From the human T2T-CHM13v2.0 reference genome, Homo sapiens, in the NCBI RefSeq assembly GCF_009914755.1, contig NC_060926.1: DNA of 64,000 bases; one strand, given 5' to 3'. Below the pieces are notes generated by a model. The model was not told where the DNA came from. It searched no databases and saw only the letters and a list, made by a program, of their open reading frames with translations. Each line of letters opens with the position of its first letter. Within the stretch, counting starts at the first letter, position 1. The position numbers and the translations under genes were made by a program. Shown here piece by piece: positions 27,135 through 38,914 of this stretch.

Positions 27135-27157
27135 CTTTTTTTCTCCTCCAGGTAAGC
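27135..27157 (+). other. Juxtaposed 3'ss/5'ss motif (recursive-splice-site-like)
   Basis: 'ctttttttctcctccag|gtaagc', with the AG at 27150-27151. Confidence 0.3.
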
Positions 27158-27834
27158 AGATAAAATGTGGAATGAATGGATTAATTTTTTTTGTATGACT
27201 TAGAACCACATGTGGTCTATGTGTATAGCTAGGAATCATGCATTTTTATAAATGTAAAAAAAAGTCAAATTCAAATTTCTAAAATGAGAAGTTTAATTTT
27301 TCACCTAAAAGCCCTGTTATTAGATGGAAATTCTCTATATTGGCCAAAAAAAGCTTCCCATAACCACTGAATATATGTGTGGGTTGCATTTTGTTTGCGT
27401 TTTATTTCTACCTATACTTGAGGCAAACACAATAGTCTCAGAGATTTCTCAGCTATGGGGGAACATGCACTTATTCTACTTACAATTATTCATTGAGTGC
27501 CCATTATCTGCTAGTAACTGTATTAGCAAAATAGGAATAGAAAAATGAAACATATCTCTTGTAACTGATGACTTTTGTGGAAGAACTCTTAGCAAGCGAG
27601 ATGCAATTAGTAGCTATCAGCAATTTAGCATATATTAATTATTTGGTATTTGGTTTAGTTCAATATCAAATTTGGAAGGCACAGTGTATAGGAAAGTTTT
27701 GTCAGAGGTAGAAGAAGGGAGATCTGATGCATGGAATAGTGGATATAGGTGGAACATTGAGATAAGAACATCCAGTTGAAGCACAGGAGATTCAAATGGG
27801 GAGAAACTTCAAAACATAGAATATACTTAAATTT

Positions 27835-28122
27835 GGCCAGGCGTGGTGGCTCACACCTGTAATCCCAGCAGTTTGGGAGGTCCAGGCAGGCAGATAACTT
27901 GAGGTCAGCAGTTTGAGACCAGCCTGGCCAACATGAAAAAACCCTGTCTCTACTACAAATGCAAAAATTAGCTGGGCATGGTGGTGCATGCCTGTAGTCC
28001 CAGCTACTTGGGAGGCTGAGGCAGGAGAACAGGAGAATCACTTAAACCCAGGATATGGAGGTTGCAGTGACCCGAGATCACACCACTGCCCTCAAGCCTG
28101 GGTGACAGAGCAAGATTCTGTT

Positions 28123-28153
<31 letters not shown>

Positions 28154-28182
28154 GAAAAGAAAAGAAAAGAAAAGAAAAGAAA
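27835..28182 (+). mobile_element. AluS with a (GAAAA)n tail
   Basis: Full dimer; small internal duplication 'caggagaacaggagaa'; pentanucleotide tail 28134-28182; 'taaatt' on both flanks. Confidence 0.95.
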
Positions 28183-28254
28183 CCTAAATTAAGTTCAGGG
28201 GAAGAGAAGAATAATACCAATAACATTTACTTTTATTTTAAACACACAGATTTT

Positions 28255-28450
28255 AATCACATATGATGTTCCATTGGACTCTCACACCAACCTCAGGATG
28301 TGTTATTATCTCTGTTTTACTGAGTACTGAGTCAAAACCCCAGATTCCAAGTGGTAAAGTGCCTTTTCCAAAATCACATCACATTAAGTGGAAGAATCAG
28401 GCCTGGAATACAAGTCTTCTTCCTACATGTCCATTTCTCTTCCCGCTACA
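28255..28450 (-). mobile_element. MIR SINE
   Basis: 'ctctcacaccaacctcaggatgtgttattatctctgttttac...aaagtgccttttccaaaatcaca...ggcctggaatacaagtcttc'. Confidence 0.6.
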
Positions 28451-29697
28451 ATTACAGTAGCAACTTTTCAAGCATTATAATTTGACACACACCCAGGTCT
28501 ATGTTTTTGATCTATCCAGAACAAGTAAACACAAAATCTTCTTTAAAAAAAAATGGCCACCAACTTCTGAGATTGTAAACATTTCAGCTCTTGCAATCCA
28601 ATCTAATCTCTCTAGCTCTGTTTGTTTGTAATATTTGTACTTGCTAATATATGCTTAAAATCTAGGATTAGTAACTTTGAAATGTTTTTAGTAAAAAAAA
28701 GATTTCAGTTTGTCTAAAAGTAAGGAAAAAGATGACAAGTAAGGAAGTAAGGGAAAAGGAAAAGGGAAGACAGAAAGTTGTCTGCATTTTAGACTTGTCA
28801 AAATGAACAAAGCAAATGAAATATAGTAACAATATCAATTAATAATGACTCAAAGAACATTCAGTTGTATTTGGACGGATAAAAATACAAGATACATTGC
28901 AGTATTCTATCAGTAGTAGCTATTATTCAGTAGAGATGCATGAGATGCATTTTTTTCTGGTTGTAAGAAATGATATTTTTGCCTTCATAGTTCAAGAAAA
29001 AGAGGACTTTTATTACTGTTCAATGGGCATTTAGTAGTAAATGTCTTTGGAGAAAATACCCAATAATTATTAAATGAAGAGAACATCTCCAAGGAAGAAG
29101 AAAACACACAATTAAGAAACAAGATTAGACATGAAAGCTATTCTCACATGGCTAAAATAGAAGACATCTAAATTAAGGATGGGAGAAAAGAGGGATCATA
29201 CCAATGATATTTATTTTTATTTAAAATGCACAAAAATTCTAACCACATATGATGTTCCATTGTACTTTCACACCAACCTCTAGATGTGCTCATCACCATT
29301 TACGAAAATCTGTCTTACAAAGAGAGATGTCAAACTGCATAGCTTTCTTTTACCTACAGTTTTTTATCATATACATTTTTTCATCTTCCAAATTTCAATA
29401 TTTCTGTATCTTTTATTATGGATGTTTCTCTTGTAAGTAGTTCATAGTTAGATTTTGTTTTTTACCTAGTCTGACAATCATTGTGTTTTAATGTGAACAT
29501 TTTTAGTCCACTCACGGTAAAAATATTTACTCTTGTTGCTGTTGCATGAAAAGTCAGCTGACTGTCTGGTTGTCACTAGTTGGAAAGGAATACGTCTTTT
29601 TGGCCACACTTAAACTTTGTCTTTGCCTTTGGTTTCTATTGTTTACATATTTGTTTTTTGGGATTTATTGCATTTCTTGAAATTGTGGATAGGTATC

Positions 29698-30202
29698 TGA
29701 GTCATGTTTTATTATATTCTTCCTTCCCTACTTCACCATAGCTTAGCTGACAATGGACAGAGTATATGTCTCCACCTCACTGATAATGAGCTACATAATG
29801 TGCTTTGGTCAGTGGAATGTAGAAGTGAGAATATGTCAGTACCTAGCCAAGACCCTATGGAATACCTGATGTTTTTATTTTTCCCTCTTGTGCTAATACC
29901 AAAGACCACGGGAAGAGCATGTTTAAATCAGCTGCTAGTCCCAAAATGAGAGTCATTTAGAATAGTGACTGAACTTGATCCTCAACCAGTCTGATGAATT
30001 GTGAGCACAAAAATACTGGAAGTGAGTTTCTCTCTCCCTATACTCGACCTGATATTTCAGTTTCAGGGAAGTGTATAGAGGAGATATCAACTCAGGGAAT
30101 CAGAGAAAGCCATGGGAGCACAGCCTTGTTTTATTGTAAGCTACTGAAATATGAGGGTTGTTTGTTATGTAGTATTATTGATGCAAGTTTCTGAGTAATG
30201 CA
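29698..30202 (+). mobile_element. MLT1H/I/J-like MaLR solo LTR
   Basis: TG...CA termini; 5-bp TSD GTATC at 29693-29697 and 30203-30207; 3' end 'aagctactgaaatatgagggttgtttgttatgtagtattatt...taatgca'. Confidence 0.75.
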
Positions 30203-30447
30203 GTATCTTTTGTCAGTTCTGGAAAATTCAGAATCACTATGTCTTTGTTTTCCTTTTGTCTCGTTCTCTCTTGCACTTATACATATGTTAAACCTTTTCA
30301 CAATTTACTCTCTTTTAGTCATAAATAGCATTTTTTCATCTTTTGATTATTATATGCTGTAATTTAGATAATTTCTTCTAACCTATATTCCATATCATGA
30401 ACTCTATCTTTAACTTTTTAAGTTTTCTTTTTAAAATATCTATTGGG

Positions 30448-30642
30448 CGGTGAAACCCCGTCTCTACTAAAAATACAAAAAATTAGCCGAGCACAGTGGC
30501 GGGCTCCTGTAGCCCCAGCTACTCGGGAGGCTGAGGCAGGAGAATGGTGTGAACCCAGGAGGCGGAGCTTGCAGTGAGCTGAGATAGGCCACTGCAGTCC
30601 AGCCTCGGCAAAAAAGTGAGACTCTGTCTCAAAAAAAAAAAA
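30448..30642 (+). mobile_element. 5'-truncated AluY
   Basis: AluY-type 'agaatggtgtgaacccaggaggcggagcttgcagtgag'; TSD aaaatatctattg (30433-30445) and aaaatttctattg (30643-30655). Confidence 0.93.
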
Positions 30643-31708
30643 AAAATTTCTATTGTGGCTTCTACATAATTTCAATTTGGTTCCTTTTCAAATATGGTTA
30701 TATCACTTTAATAGATTTCTTACTCCCTATATATATCTTCAATCTTGTGTTTTTCCCCTTAACTGTAGTAAGGATATTATATTTTTCATCTGCATCTAAT
30801 TACTTCATAATTTGAAGTCTTTGCAGTTGGTTTTTTATTCTCTTGTTTCTTCTGGTTTACATTTCTTTCCTCTGTGACAGGTTAGTTTATTACTGGTTAT
30901 ATTTTAGAAATGTTAAACTATGGAAAGGGTTCCTTTTTTGGGTGACAAGATTTGTGTTCTCTTATGAGATAACTGGCAGCACTACCCATCTGTCTGCACC
31001 TTAAACTATGCCAAAAGTTTAAACTCTTTGGACCACTGAAGGAGTAGAAACCTGTGTTGTAATTTCATGTAAGAACTAGTTCTCTTCTGGTTTATGTTCA
31101 CCCAGAAAGTGTAGCCCTTAGAGTTCCAGATAATGTGAGAGTCTCCTGTTACACTCCCTGTCTATGTGTGCTCCCCACCTTTGAGTCCTATCCTCTTTAT
31201 CATAAGGAAGTTTCTTTTATTTTCTAAATCAACAAATACCTACAGGACAAAGATAGCATATATGCTTGCTTGCTTCTTTGGTTTCAACTATTCCCCTGTT
31301 TTACCATTGGTAATTGGTTAAAATATTTTCATTTTCTTACTGTTTTAAAGAAGAAATTTTATTTTGCAAATATTTTACCCAGGTTTTAAATTGCTTTGAG
31401 GAGGATGATTGCTCTGAATAATCTATTCCATCATTATCAGAAACAGAGAGTCTCTTAGAGTTTTTCTAGGCCTTTCATTGCACTGCTCTGTTTTCCTGTT
31501 TAATTTCCCTTTCTTCTATCTGTTCTTTCCACCATCTTACATGTTTGTCCTAGAATCAATTCTGACCCAAATTTAAAGTATATTTTTAAAAATCTAGAAC
31601 AGCATAAAGTTAGTGTTGCTATTAGTCTGGCTTTAGTTGAGTCATCTTTTTTCCTTCCTATGTGAGAGATCATGTCTAGAAAGCCAGAAAAATTATCTAG
31701 CATGGTAG

Positions 31709-32855
31709 TGCAGCCTGCCATGCCCCGAGCCCTGCCTCAGTGGGCTCCCGCCCATCCCAAGCCTCCCCAACGGGCACTGCACCCTGCTCCGCTGCACCCT
31801 GCTCCGTGGCACCCAGTCCCATCAACCCCTCAAGGCCTGAGGAGTGCAGGCACGTGGCACGGGACTGGCGGGCAGCTCCGCCCATGGCCCTGGCACGGGA
31901 TCCACTAGGCAAAGGCAGCTGGGCTCCTGAGTCAGGTGGGGACTTGGAGAACTTTTATGTCTAGCTAGAGGATTGTATATGCACTAATCAGCACTCTGTG
32001 TCTAGTTTGGGGTTCGTGGATGCACTAATCAGCACTCTGTATCTAGCTAATCTGGTGGGGACTTGGAGAACCTTTATGTCTAGCTAAAGGATAGTAAATA
32101 CACCAATCAGCACTCCGTGTCTAGCTCAAGGTTTGTAAACATACCAATCAGCACCCTGTGTCTAGCTCAAGGTTTTTAAATGCACCAATCAGTGCTCTGT
32201 GTCTAGCTAATCTAGTGGGGACTTGGAGAACTTTTATGTCTAGCTAAAGGATTGTAAATGCACCAATCAGCACTCTGTGTCTAGCTCAGGGATTGTAAAC
32301 ACACCAATCAGCACCCTGTCAAAATGGACCAATCAGCTCTCTGTAAAATGGACCAATCAGCAGAATGTAGGTGGGGCCAGTTAAGGAAATAAAGCAGGCT
32401 GCCCGAACCAGCAGCAGCAATCCCTCAGGTCTCCTTCTACACTATGGAAGCTTTGTTCTTTTGCTCTTTGCAATAAATCTTGCTGCTGCTCACTCTTTGG
32501 GTCCACACTGCCTTTATGAGCTGTAACACTCACCAGAAAGGTCTGCAGCTTCACTCCTGAGGCCAGCGAGACCATGAACACACCGGGAGGAATGAACAAC
32601 TCTGGACAGGAGGAACAAACAACTCCAGATGCACTGCCTTAAGAGCTGTAACACTCACTGCGAAGGTCTGCAGCTTCACTCCTGAAGCCAGCGAGACCAC
32701 GAACCCACCAGAAGGAAGAAACTCCAAACACGTCCGAACATCAGAAGGAACAAACTCCAGATACACCATCTTTAAGAACTGTAACACTCACTGCGAGGGT
32801 CCGCGGCTTCATTCTTGAAGTCAGTGAGACTAAGAACCCACCAATTTCGAACACA
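31709..32855 (+). mobile_element. ERV9 LTR12-family solo LTR (LTR12B/D/E-like) lacking the 5' part of U3
   Basis: Tandem 'ccaatcagcactctgtgtctagct' units; 'gctgtaacactcactgcgaaggtctgcagcttcactcctga' repeats; end 'aagaacccaccaatttcgaacaca'; GTAG at 31705-31708 and 32856-32859. Confidence 0.95.
31935..32410 (+). promoter_or_regulatory. LTR12 U3 enhancer/promoter: NF-Y (CCAAT) array and TATA-like box
   Basis: Seven intact CCAATCAG motifs (about 32103, 32144, 32185, 32263, 32304, 32329, 32353), two CTAATCAG variants, and 'aaataaagcaggctgcccga' at ~32387. Confidence 0.7.
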
Positions 32856-33307
32856 GTAGCACTGTCTTTCTTTTCCAGCTCCCTTTTTCTGTTACTGAAG
32901 TCCTTTCTCTGTTCCTCAAACCCCATGACCAATGTTATGTTTGCTTTTTGTTGTTGTTTCTTTTAAAAAAACCTCTTATCTCTATATGTAAAATAACATA
33001 TAAAAATACTACAGAAACCCTAGTTACAATGTTTTATTTGCCTCATGGAAATCTCAGTGCCACTTTTCAACCTCTTTGATACTGATTTCTAATCAAATCA
33101 CCACCTTTCATCCCACTTTCTGGATGCCACCTTCTCCTCCTAACTTACTTTCTTCCATCTCCTGCAGTTAGCTATATGGCATATCCACAGCTTCCACCTC
33201 TTTTATGGACTGGGTGTATTTCCACATCCAGATCTCTCTTTGATGATGCTATTAGCTTCATGAACTTTTAAAAATAAACCTCCACGTCACAAGACATAAC
33301 TACTCAC

Positions 33308-33313
33308 CATTTA
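33308..33313 (-). other. Candidate 6-nt microexon (TAAATG)
   Basis: Minus strand reads TTTTTATCTTTTTTCCTTTACTCTGCCTTTCAATAG|TAAATG|GTGAGT; no other AG for ~130 nt upstream. Confidence 0.5.
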
Positions 33314-36300
33314 CTATTGAAAGGCAGAGTAAAGGAAAAAAGATAAAAATTAATTGATTTGTTTGTATACACATTTTATTGAAGGAATGATGTTCAATGG
33401 TAAATAAACCAATAGAATTGGCAACAATTTTTAAAAATACATATCCTGTGTTCCATATCTGTTCCAAAAGTTCTGGTTCACCTCTTAACAACAGTTACAC
33501 CCTGCTTTTAGCCTTTGAATGTTGATTGCATTGACAGGTTCTCTCTCTTTCTCTCTCTCAGTGAAATTTATTAAAGGCACTTCTCTCCATATTTTTGCTT
33601 ACTTTTGCAACTTAACTCATGGAGGAAAGGTATCAGACATAAAATCTGAAATACAGCTGTGTTGTTTCAAAATGAATAATGTCTACTGGGTGAGACACTG
33701 AATCAAGGGCTTAGTTTGCAGCATAAGGAAAATATTTGTGAGTGTTGCTGGAAAAGCTGACAGCGTAGCATATGCAGCCTCCCTTTCAGATACAGAAACA
33801 TGGGAAAGAGAGCAAAATGCTAATTTGGCTAGGAAAGCAAATGCAACTTTTGTAACCAAGTTAGCAGTAGCCATGAGAATCTCTATTTGATTACAAGTAA
33901 CTTTCTTCTGTTCTTCCTTGTTTTAGAAAATAAAGCTATGAACTTCTAAAAAATTAAAACAAATCTCTGATATTCAGGGGGAATAGAATTCCTGGAAAAA
34001 GACAGTGAAAACATTCCTATTGCTCCACACAGAACATTATCTACAAAGTATGATAGACCTAAAGTTAATGAATTCACTAGCCGTTGCTTCCACAAACATA
34101 AATCAGTAATATGATTTTTGCCTTGACTGAGGCAAAATGCCAATTAATTGAAGGTATATTTTCTAAAATGGTAATTTAAATAAAGTTTCTTTATTAAAAA
34201 TGTGGGATTTTCATTGAGTTCAGCTCTCCCATGAAGCACCTTTATTAGAGAATTAATACTAAAAGCCAGAGACAGTAGTAATGACCTTTAGGGAAAAATG
34301 GATTTTAAAATATTAGGCAGTCTGCATTTTTAATTTGAATTTTAAAAACATGATCTAAATTAAAGCTACTGGAAAGAAATAGGTAGGTGTTAAGCTGGGT
34401 AGAAAGCTCAGTGTATTTGGTCAAGGGGTTTTCATTTGCTCTCAATGTTGAGCCAAATTTGTGCTAACATGTGAGCATGTATGAATATATAACTTGGATG
34501 TTTATGTGCCTTGATGTAATTGAAATAATACTTGAGTAGCAATCAGAACAATCTATTTTTAAAAGCATCATAAACTGGCTGTGTAACTGGGAATAAAGAG
34601 AAAAACCCCTCTTTGCATGTTGAAGCTCTTTGAAAGCACTAAAAATATAATAACATAATGAATAGGTCATTGAAAGGGAAGACTAAACTTCTCCATAAAT
34701 CCAAGTATTTTCCAGAGTTAATCAAGTATATATTGAGCTTTAGGCTTACATGACATGATCTTGCCACAAGGAGATCTTCATCTTCATCTCCTTGTGGAAA
34801 CAATACTGACACAAAAGCAGAAATCTAGAATAGACCATCTGTAAGGTTATTTTCAGCCTTTACATTCTAGGAAAATTCAAGATTAAAATGGTTTTCTACC
34901 TGCATGTGAACTAGGATTTCAGAATCAGAAAAGTTAGGAAAGGAGTACAGTGCACACAGAGTTAATGGAAGGAAAATGAGCTAATGAACTCTAGGGAGGC
35001 AACCATATTGCAGTATAAAACATTTTCTTGGCTTCTAAAGTAAGTATTGATTTAATAATGCAATAAATGAAGTAATAGGAAAAAAGAGAGCCAATATCAG
35101 TCAGTCGAAGTCTGCTAGCAAGCTGACAAATATGACCTCTTAACAATCCATTTGCATGAGCAAATAAGCACCATTATTAACAGAGTATAATACAGAGACA
35201 TTTAAATGTAACAAATAAATTTTAGGAATGAATTGCAGTCATTACTAAAGATGATTAGGGTGTTAGATAGCTTTAAAAATTTATGAAGGGTCTGTTTATA
35301 TGAAAAGCTTTAGTAGTCCATTTTGATTATTTCAGACAACTAGATTCATTGAAATATCATTTGTTAACAGTGCCTAAGATCGTGTTCAAAAATCAGTCAT
35401 GTCTTATAGATGTGTTCTGAGGAAGTTTTTAAATCAGTGTATTTGGCACAATATAAGAGACCTGAGCAAAAAAGGGGAGCAAGGAAAGAAAATGCAGTTT
35501 CTGATAGTTTCTGATGATTCAACTGGAACTAGTTAAATCCTTAGAGATTACCAATAAAAAGTCCTTTAGTCTTGCTTAAGATGGTTGCTTTTTAAATTTG
35601 TCAGACATATGTGAATTAAATTAAAACAATGATGAAATCAGGTAATACTGCCAGTAAATTTGCCCCCTGCCTCCCCTACCTCTAACTCCACTAAGAAAAA
35701 ATGAGATAATGTTTTACAGAATAAAGAATTATGAACTAAAAAATTAGAAATACATATAAATACGATTTTCCTCTTTTCCTTCACCTAGGCAAATCAGAAA
35801 ATAGTTTTATAATGTAAGATGTCAACAAATTAATATAGTTGCTTTGCAACCTTGTAAATTCAAAATACCAAATTCAATTAGACTCCTTTACCACTGTATA
35901 ATCAGCTTGTTAGCCATTATTATCATAATAGATTCTTGACCAATTTTAAGTCATTAATATTACAATTTAAAACAGAATGTGGTACAGAATAAAATTTCTG
36001 AGATATTTCACAATTTATTAAAGTAGTTGTTACATGTGTAGACTAATGCTGACATGACTGATTTTCTTCTACACTAAATTATTTCAGAATTAGGTTGTCC
36101 AAGAAAGCAAAACCTCACATGTGTATAAAGAAAAAGACTAGTGGTGCTAGTATCTAAAACAGACTTGAAACCATTATTTAATTCATCTGTGCATGAAATT
36201 TTCAAGTAATGTTTTATTAGGAAAACTATTATTTTCAATGTCTTCAAGTTAAGAAAAAGAAAATATGGGTTCTTTACAAAGTAACAAGTCATTTAACTCA

Positions 36301-37851
36301 TAAAAATAAAGAAGGAAGGAAAATTTTTTACAAGTAAATGTTCTCTATACTTTCTCCACAAAATAATACATGGGCTATACAGTTTGTTGCTATAAGAAAA
36401 ATATTTGAGAACTAGTCAGTATTTACTAAAATATGTTGTATATAACATATTGTATAGAGTGATTTGAGTTTTCTTTACTTAAAAAAGCCTAACTAAACAA
36501 TTTTTACCTCCTTTATAAGACATAAGGAATTTTAGAAAAAGAAGAAATAAATAAACAAGGAAGAGAAAGGAAAGAAAGAAGAAAAGGAGAAAAGAAATTC
36601 AAATATATACTTTTTCAATAGAGATGTTATCTTTTCATCTACCTACTCAATGTGTTTCCATCTTTAAATGATCTTTTTTCTGAGAACTATTTGTAGGATA
36701 TAAGATCTTATAGAAAATAATCCAATTTTCTTAATACAGTAATTTTTAAATGCTATTGGACTAATGAATTAACTAAATAGTTGTTATTTCATAAGCATGG
36801 AAGCCCCTCAACTACAATAGTGGTATCATCTATAAAGCGATGTCTTTTACTTCTCATGGATGCAGAATCAAATTGATAAGACATTAATTCAACTAATAAA
36901 TAGTATAGTTTTTTTTGTATGTGGGTTACAGTCGGATATTGCCAGTCTTGCTGTGATCCTATTTTGATATGCTCTTGGGGTTTCTTTTTCCCCTAATGTG
37001 AGCATCTGATTTGTAGCACATCAGTAAAATTAACATATGCAGTTAAATTATACAGTAAGTACTAAGTCCATATTCCTCCTGCCTCAGGCCAGTGATCAAT
37101 CAGATACTCTTCTTCAAGAACTTCAACCAAGAGCCCTGGAGAGAACAGGCTCAGAGTCACATTAACGATGGCACACCAGAGGGACAGTCCTTCAAACACC
37201 ACTGCTCACTCACCTGGCTGAAATTATCACTGCTAGTGCAACCAGACATCCCTGGCATTCTTCTTGGTTATTCTATTTTTGTTCAAACTTTGTAAAACAC
37301 CTAAGTACCGTTCCATAAACAATATATATTACTAAAAACCAGTTTTCTTGATTTGAAAGAGAAGAATTACACAAGTATGAAGGAAACTGGAAACTATATA
37401 CTTTAAAACCTAGGTTAGACTCTTAGAAACTTTCATATATGGATCTTCATGTTTTCTATTATAATATGGGCCTAGATATGTCTGTAGAAGAAAACCTATT
37501 GTCATTCATTGCATAAATTTTGTGTAAAGAGTATATTTTTTCTGTAAGAATTTTTTAATTTTTAGTCTATATAAATATAGCCAAAAATCTCATTAATTCT
37601 AAGACAAGAAAGTACTCATTGTCAACTAGAACCACAACATTCACAGCATCTTTTATTCTGTTTGTTATTTTGGAGAGTCAAATACCTAACATGACTTAAA
37701 AAGTTTTTTATTTTTGTTTAAAGCACATGTATCCTTCTCTTTCAACCAATATGCTTATCAAGAATCCAAATCAAGAGCTAAATCAAGCTGAATCAAGAAG
37801 CTAAATATTTGTGTTTGGTTTTGACTAATAATTAAAATAAATATAAATTTT

Positions 37852-37947
37852 AAAGTTAATGATATAGTGGAATTCTTACTAACTCCAGAAAATAAAACAA
37901 AAGTTATTGATACAGTGGAATTCTTACTAACTCCAGAAAATAAAACA
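37852..37947. repeat. 48-bp tandem duplication (2 copies, 2 mismatches)
   Basis: 'aaagttaatgatatagtggaattcttactaactccagaaaataaaaca' at 37852 and 'aaagttattgatacagtggaattcttactaactccagaaaataaaaca' at 37900. Confidence 0.97.
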
Positions 37948-38914
37948 AAACATGAAAACACACAGAAAAACAAAAAACTTGGATTGTTACATGACAGAAT
38001 CATTCTCTGTGAGATCAATAGTTCCCACAGCTTCTACCAGGCAGGGTAAATGGTTTTAAAGGAGGATCGTGCTTAAATAAATATATTCTCAGCCACCCAA
38101 CGGTTTGCTGATTTCTGAAGGGCCAGAAACACAGGCGAATGTTTGGCATCTCTGGTTTCTGACCTGGATTGAACTGGACACGCTGAAATAATGTGAGAAA
38201 AGACTGTTTTCTGGCTAGAACTGGAAGTATATCTGCCAGCATTCCTGTGAACATGCTTTTCTTCTGTCCAGCTTTGACTGTTTAAGAAGTCAAGTTATGT
38301 TAGACCTAGATTGTATTCCGAACTAGAGCTAGACTATAAAACTTTTTTGAGAATGATAGAAATGTTTAACCCAAATTTGTGAGGGCAGAGCATTTGGGAG
38401 TGATGAAATTTCCAAAAGTCAAAAACTTCTGATGAGTGAGAGAAATGAATTGTTAAAACATGTGTCAGTGGAAATGTCATCTCATCCAGGGAAGATGGCT
38501 TGAAAATACCTTTGCACCTAGTGTATAACCAAAGATCACTCCAGACAAAAAGCCCCCAGCAGAAGATTTTGAGATGTTAGGGATCGTCTATCACACCATG
38601 TTCAGTGGGAAGAAGAGGACACATTAATAGTTAAATCTCCATTTAAGCCAAAGCGTGCTAAATTCGTATTACACTAATAGGTTATTTGAGATGGCCTAAT
38701 TTTGTAATTTATAAATAACTTTAAACTTTATTATTCTTCAAATTGATCTCCGCCCACCAAACATTCCTTTTCATTTTTAGAGTTATGAATTTTCTAGTGG
38801 AGAACAAAGAGTGACTAATGACTAATCCGAGTTTGTATGCTGTTGTTAACATACTGAAAGTTTTTTTCTCCTACTTATTATTTTATCTTGTTCAAACATA
38901 ACTTGATTCTCTTT

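Larger units (their letters stand above)
29330..31452 (-). mobile_element. Ancient L1ME-like fragments (EN, ORF1 and 5' regions), interrupted by an LTR and an Alu
   Basis: 'gtttctcttgtaagtagttcatagttagattttgttttttacctagtctgacaatc' (antisense L1 EN region) and 'tcagttctggaaaattcag' (antisense ORF1). Confidence 0.65.

Noticed and set aside
31935-32830. Regularly spaced direct repeats superficially like a CRISPR array
   Set aside because: These are the internal U3/U5 tandem repeats of an LTR12 element in primate DNA; there are no unique spacers or cas genes.
33540-33635. Plus-strand exon-like segment after a (CT)n tract
   Set aside because: The acceptor is a simple CT microsatellite and the donor (AAG|gtatca) is weak.
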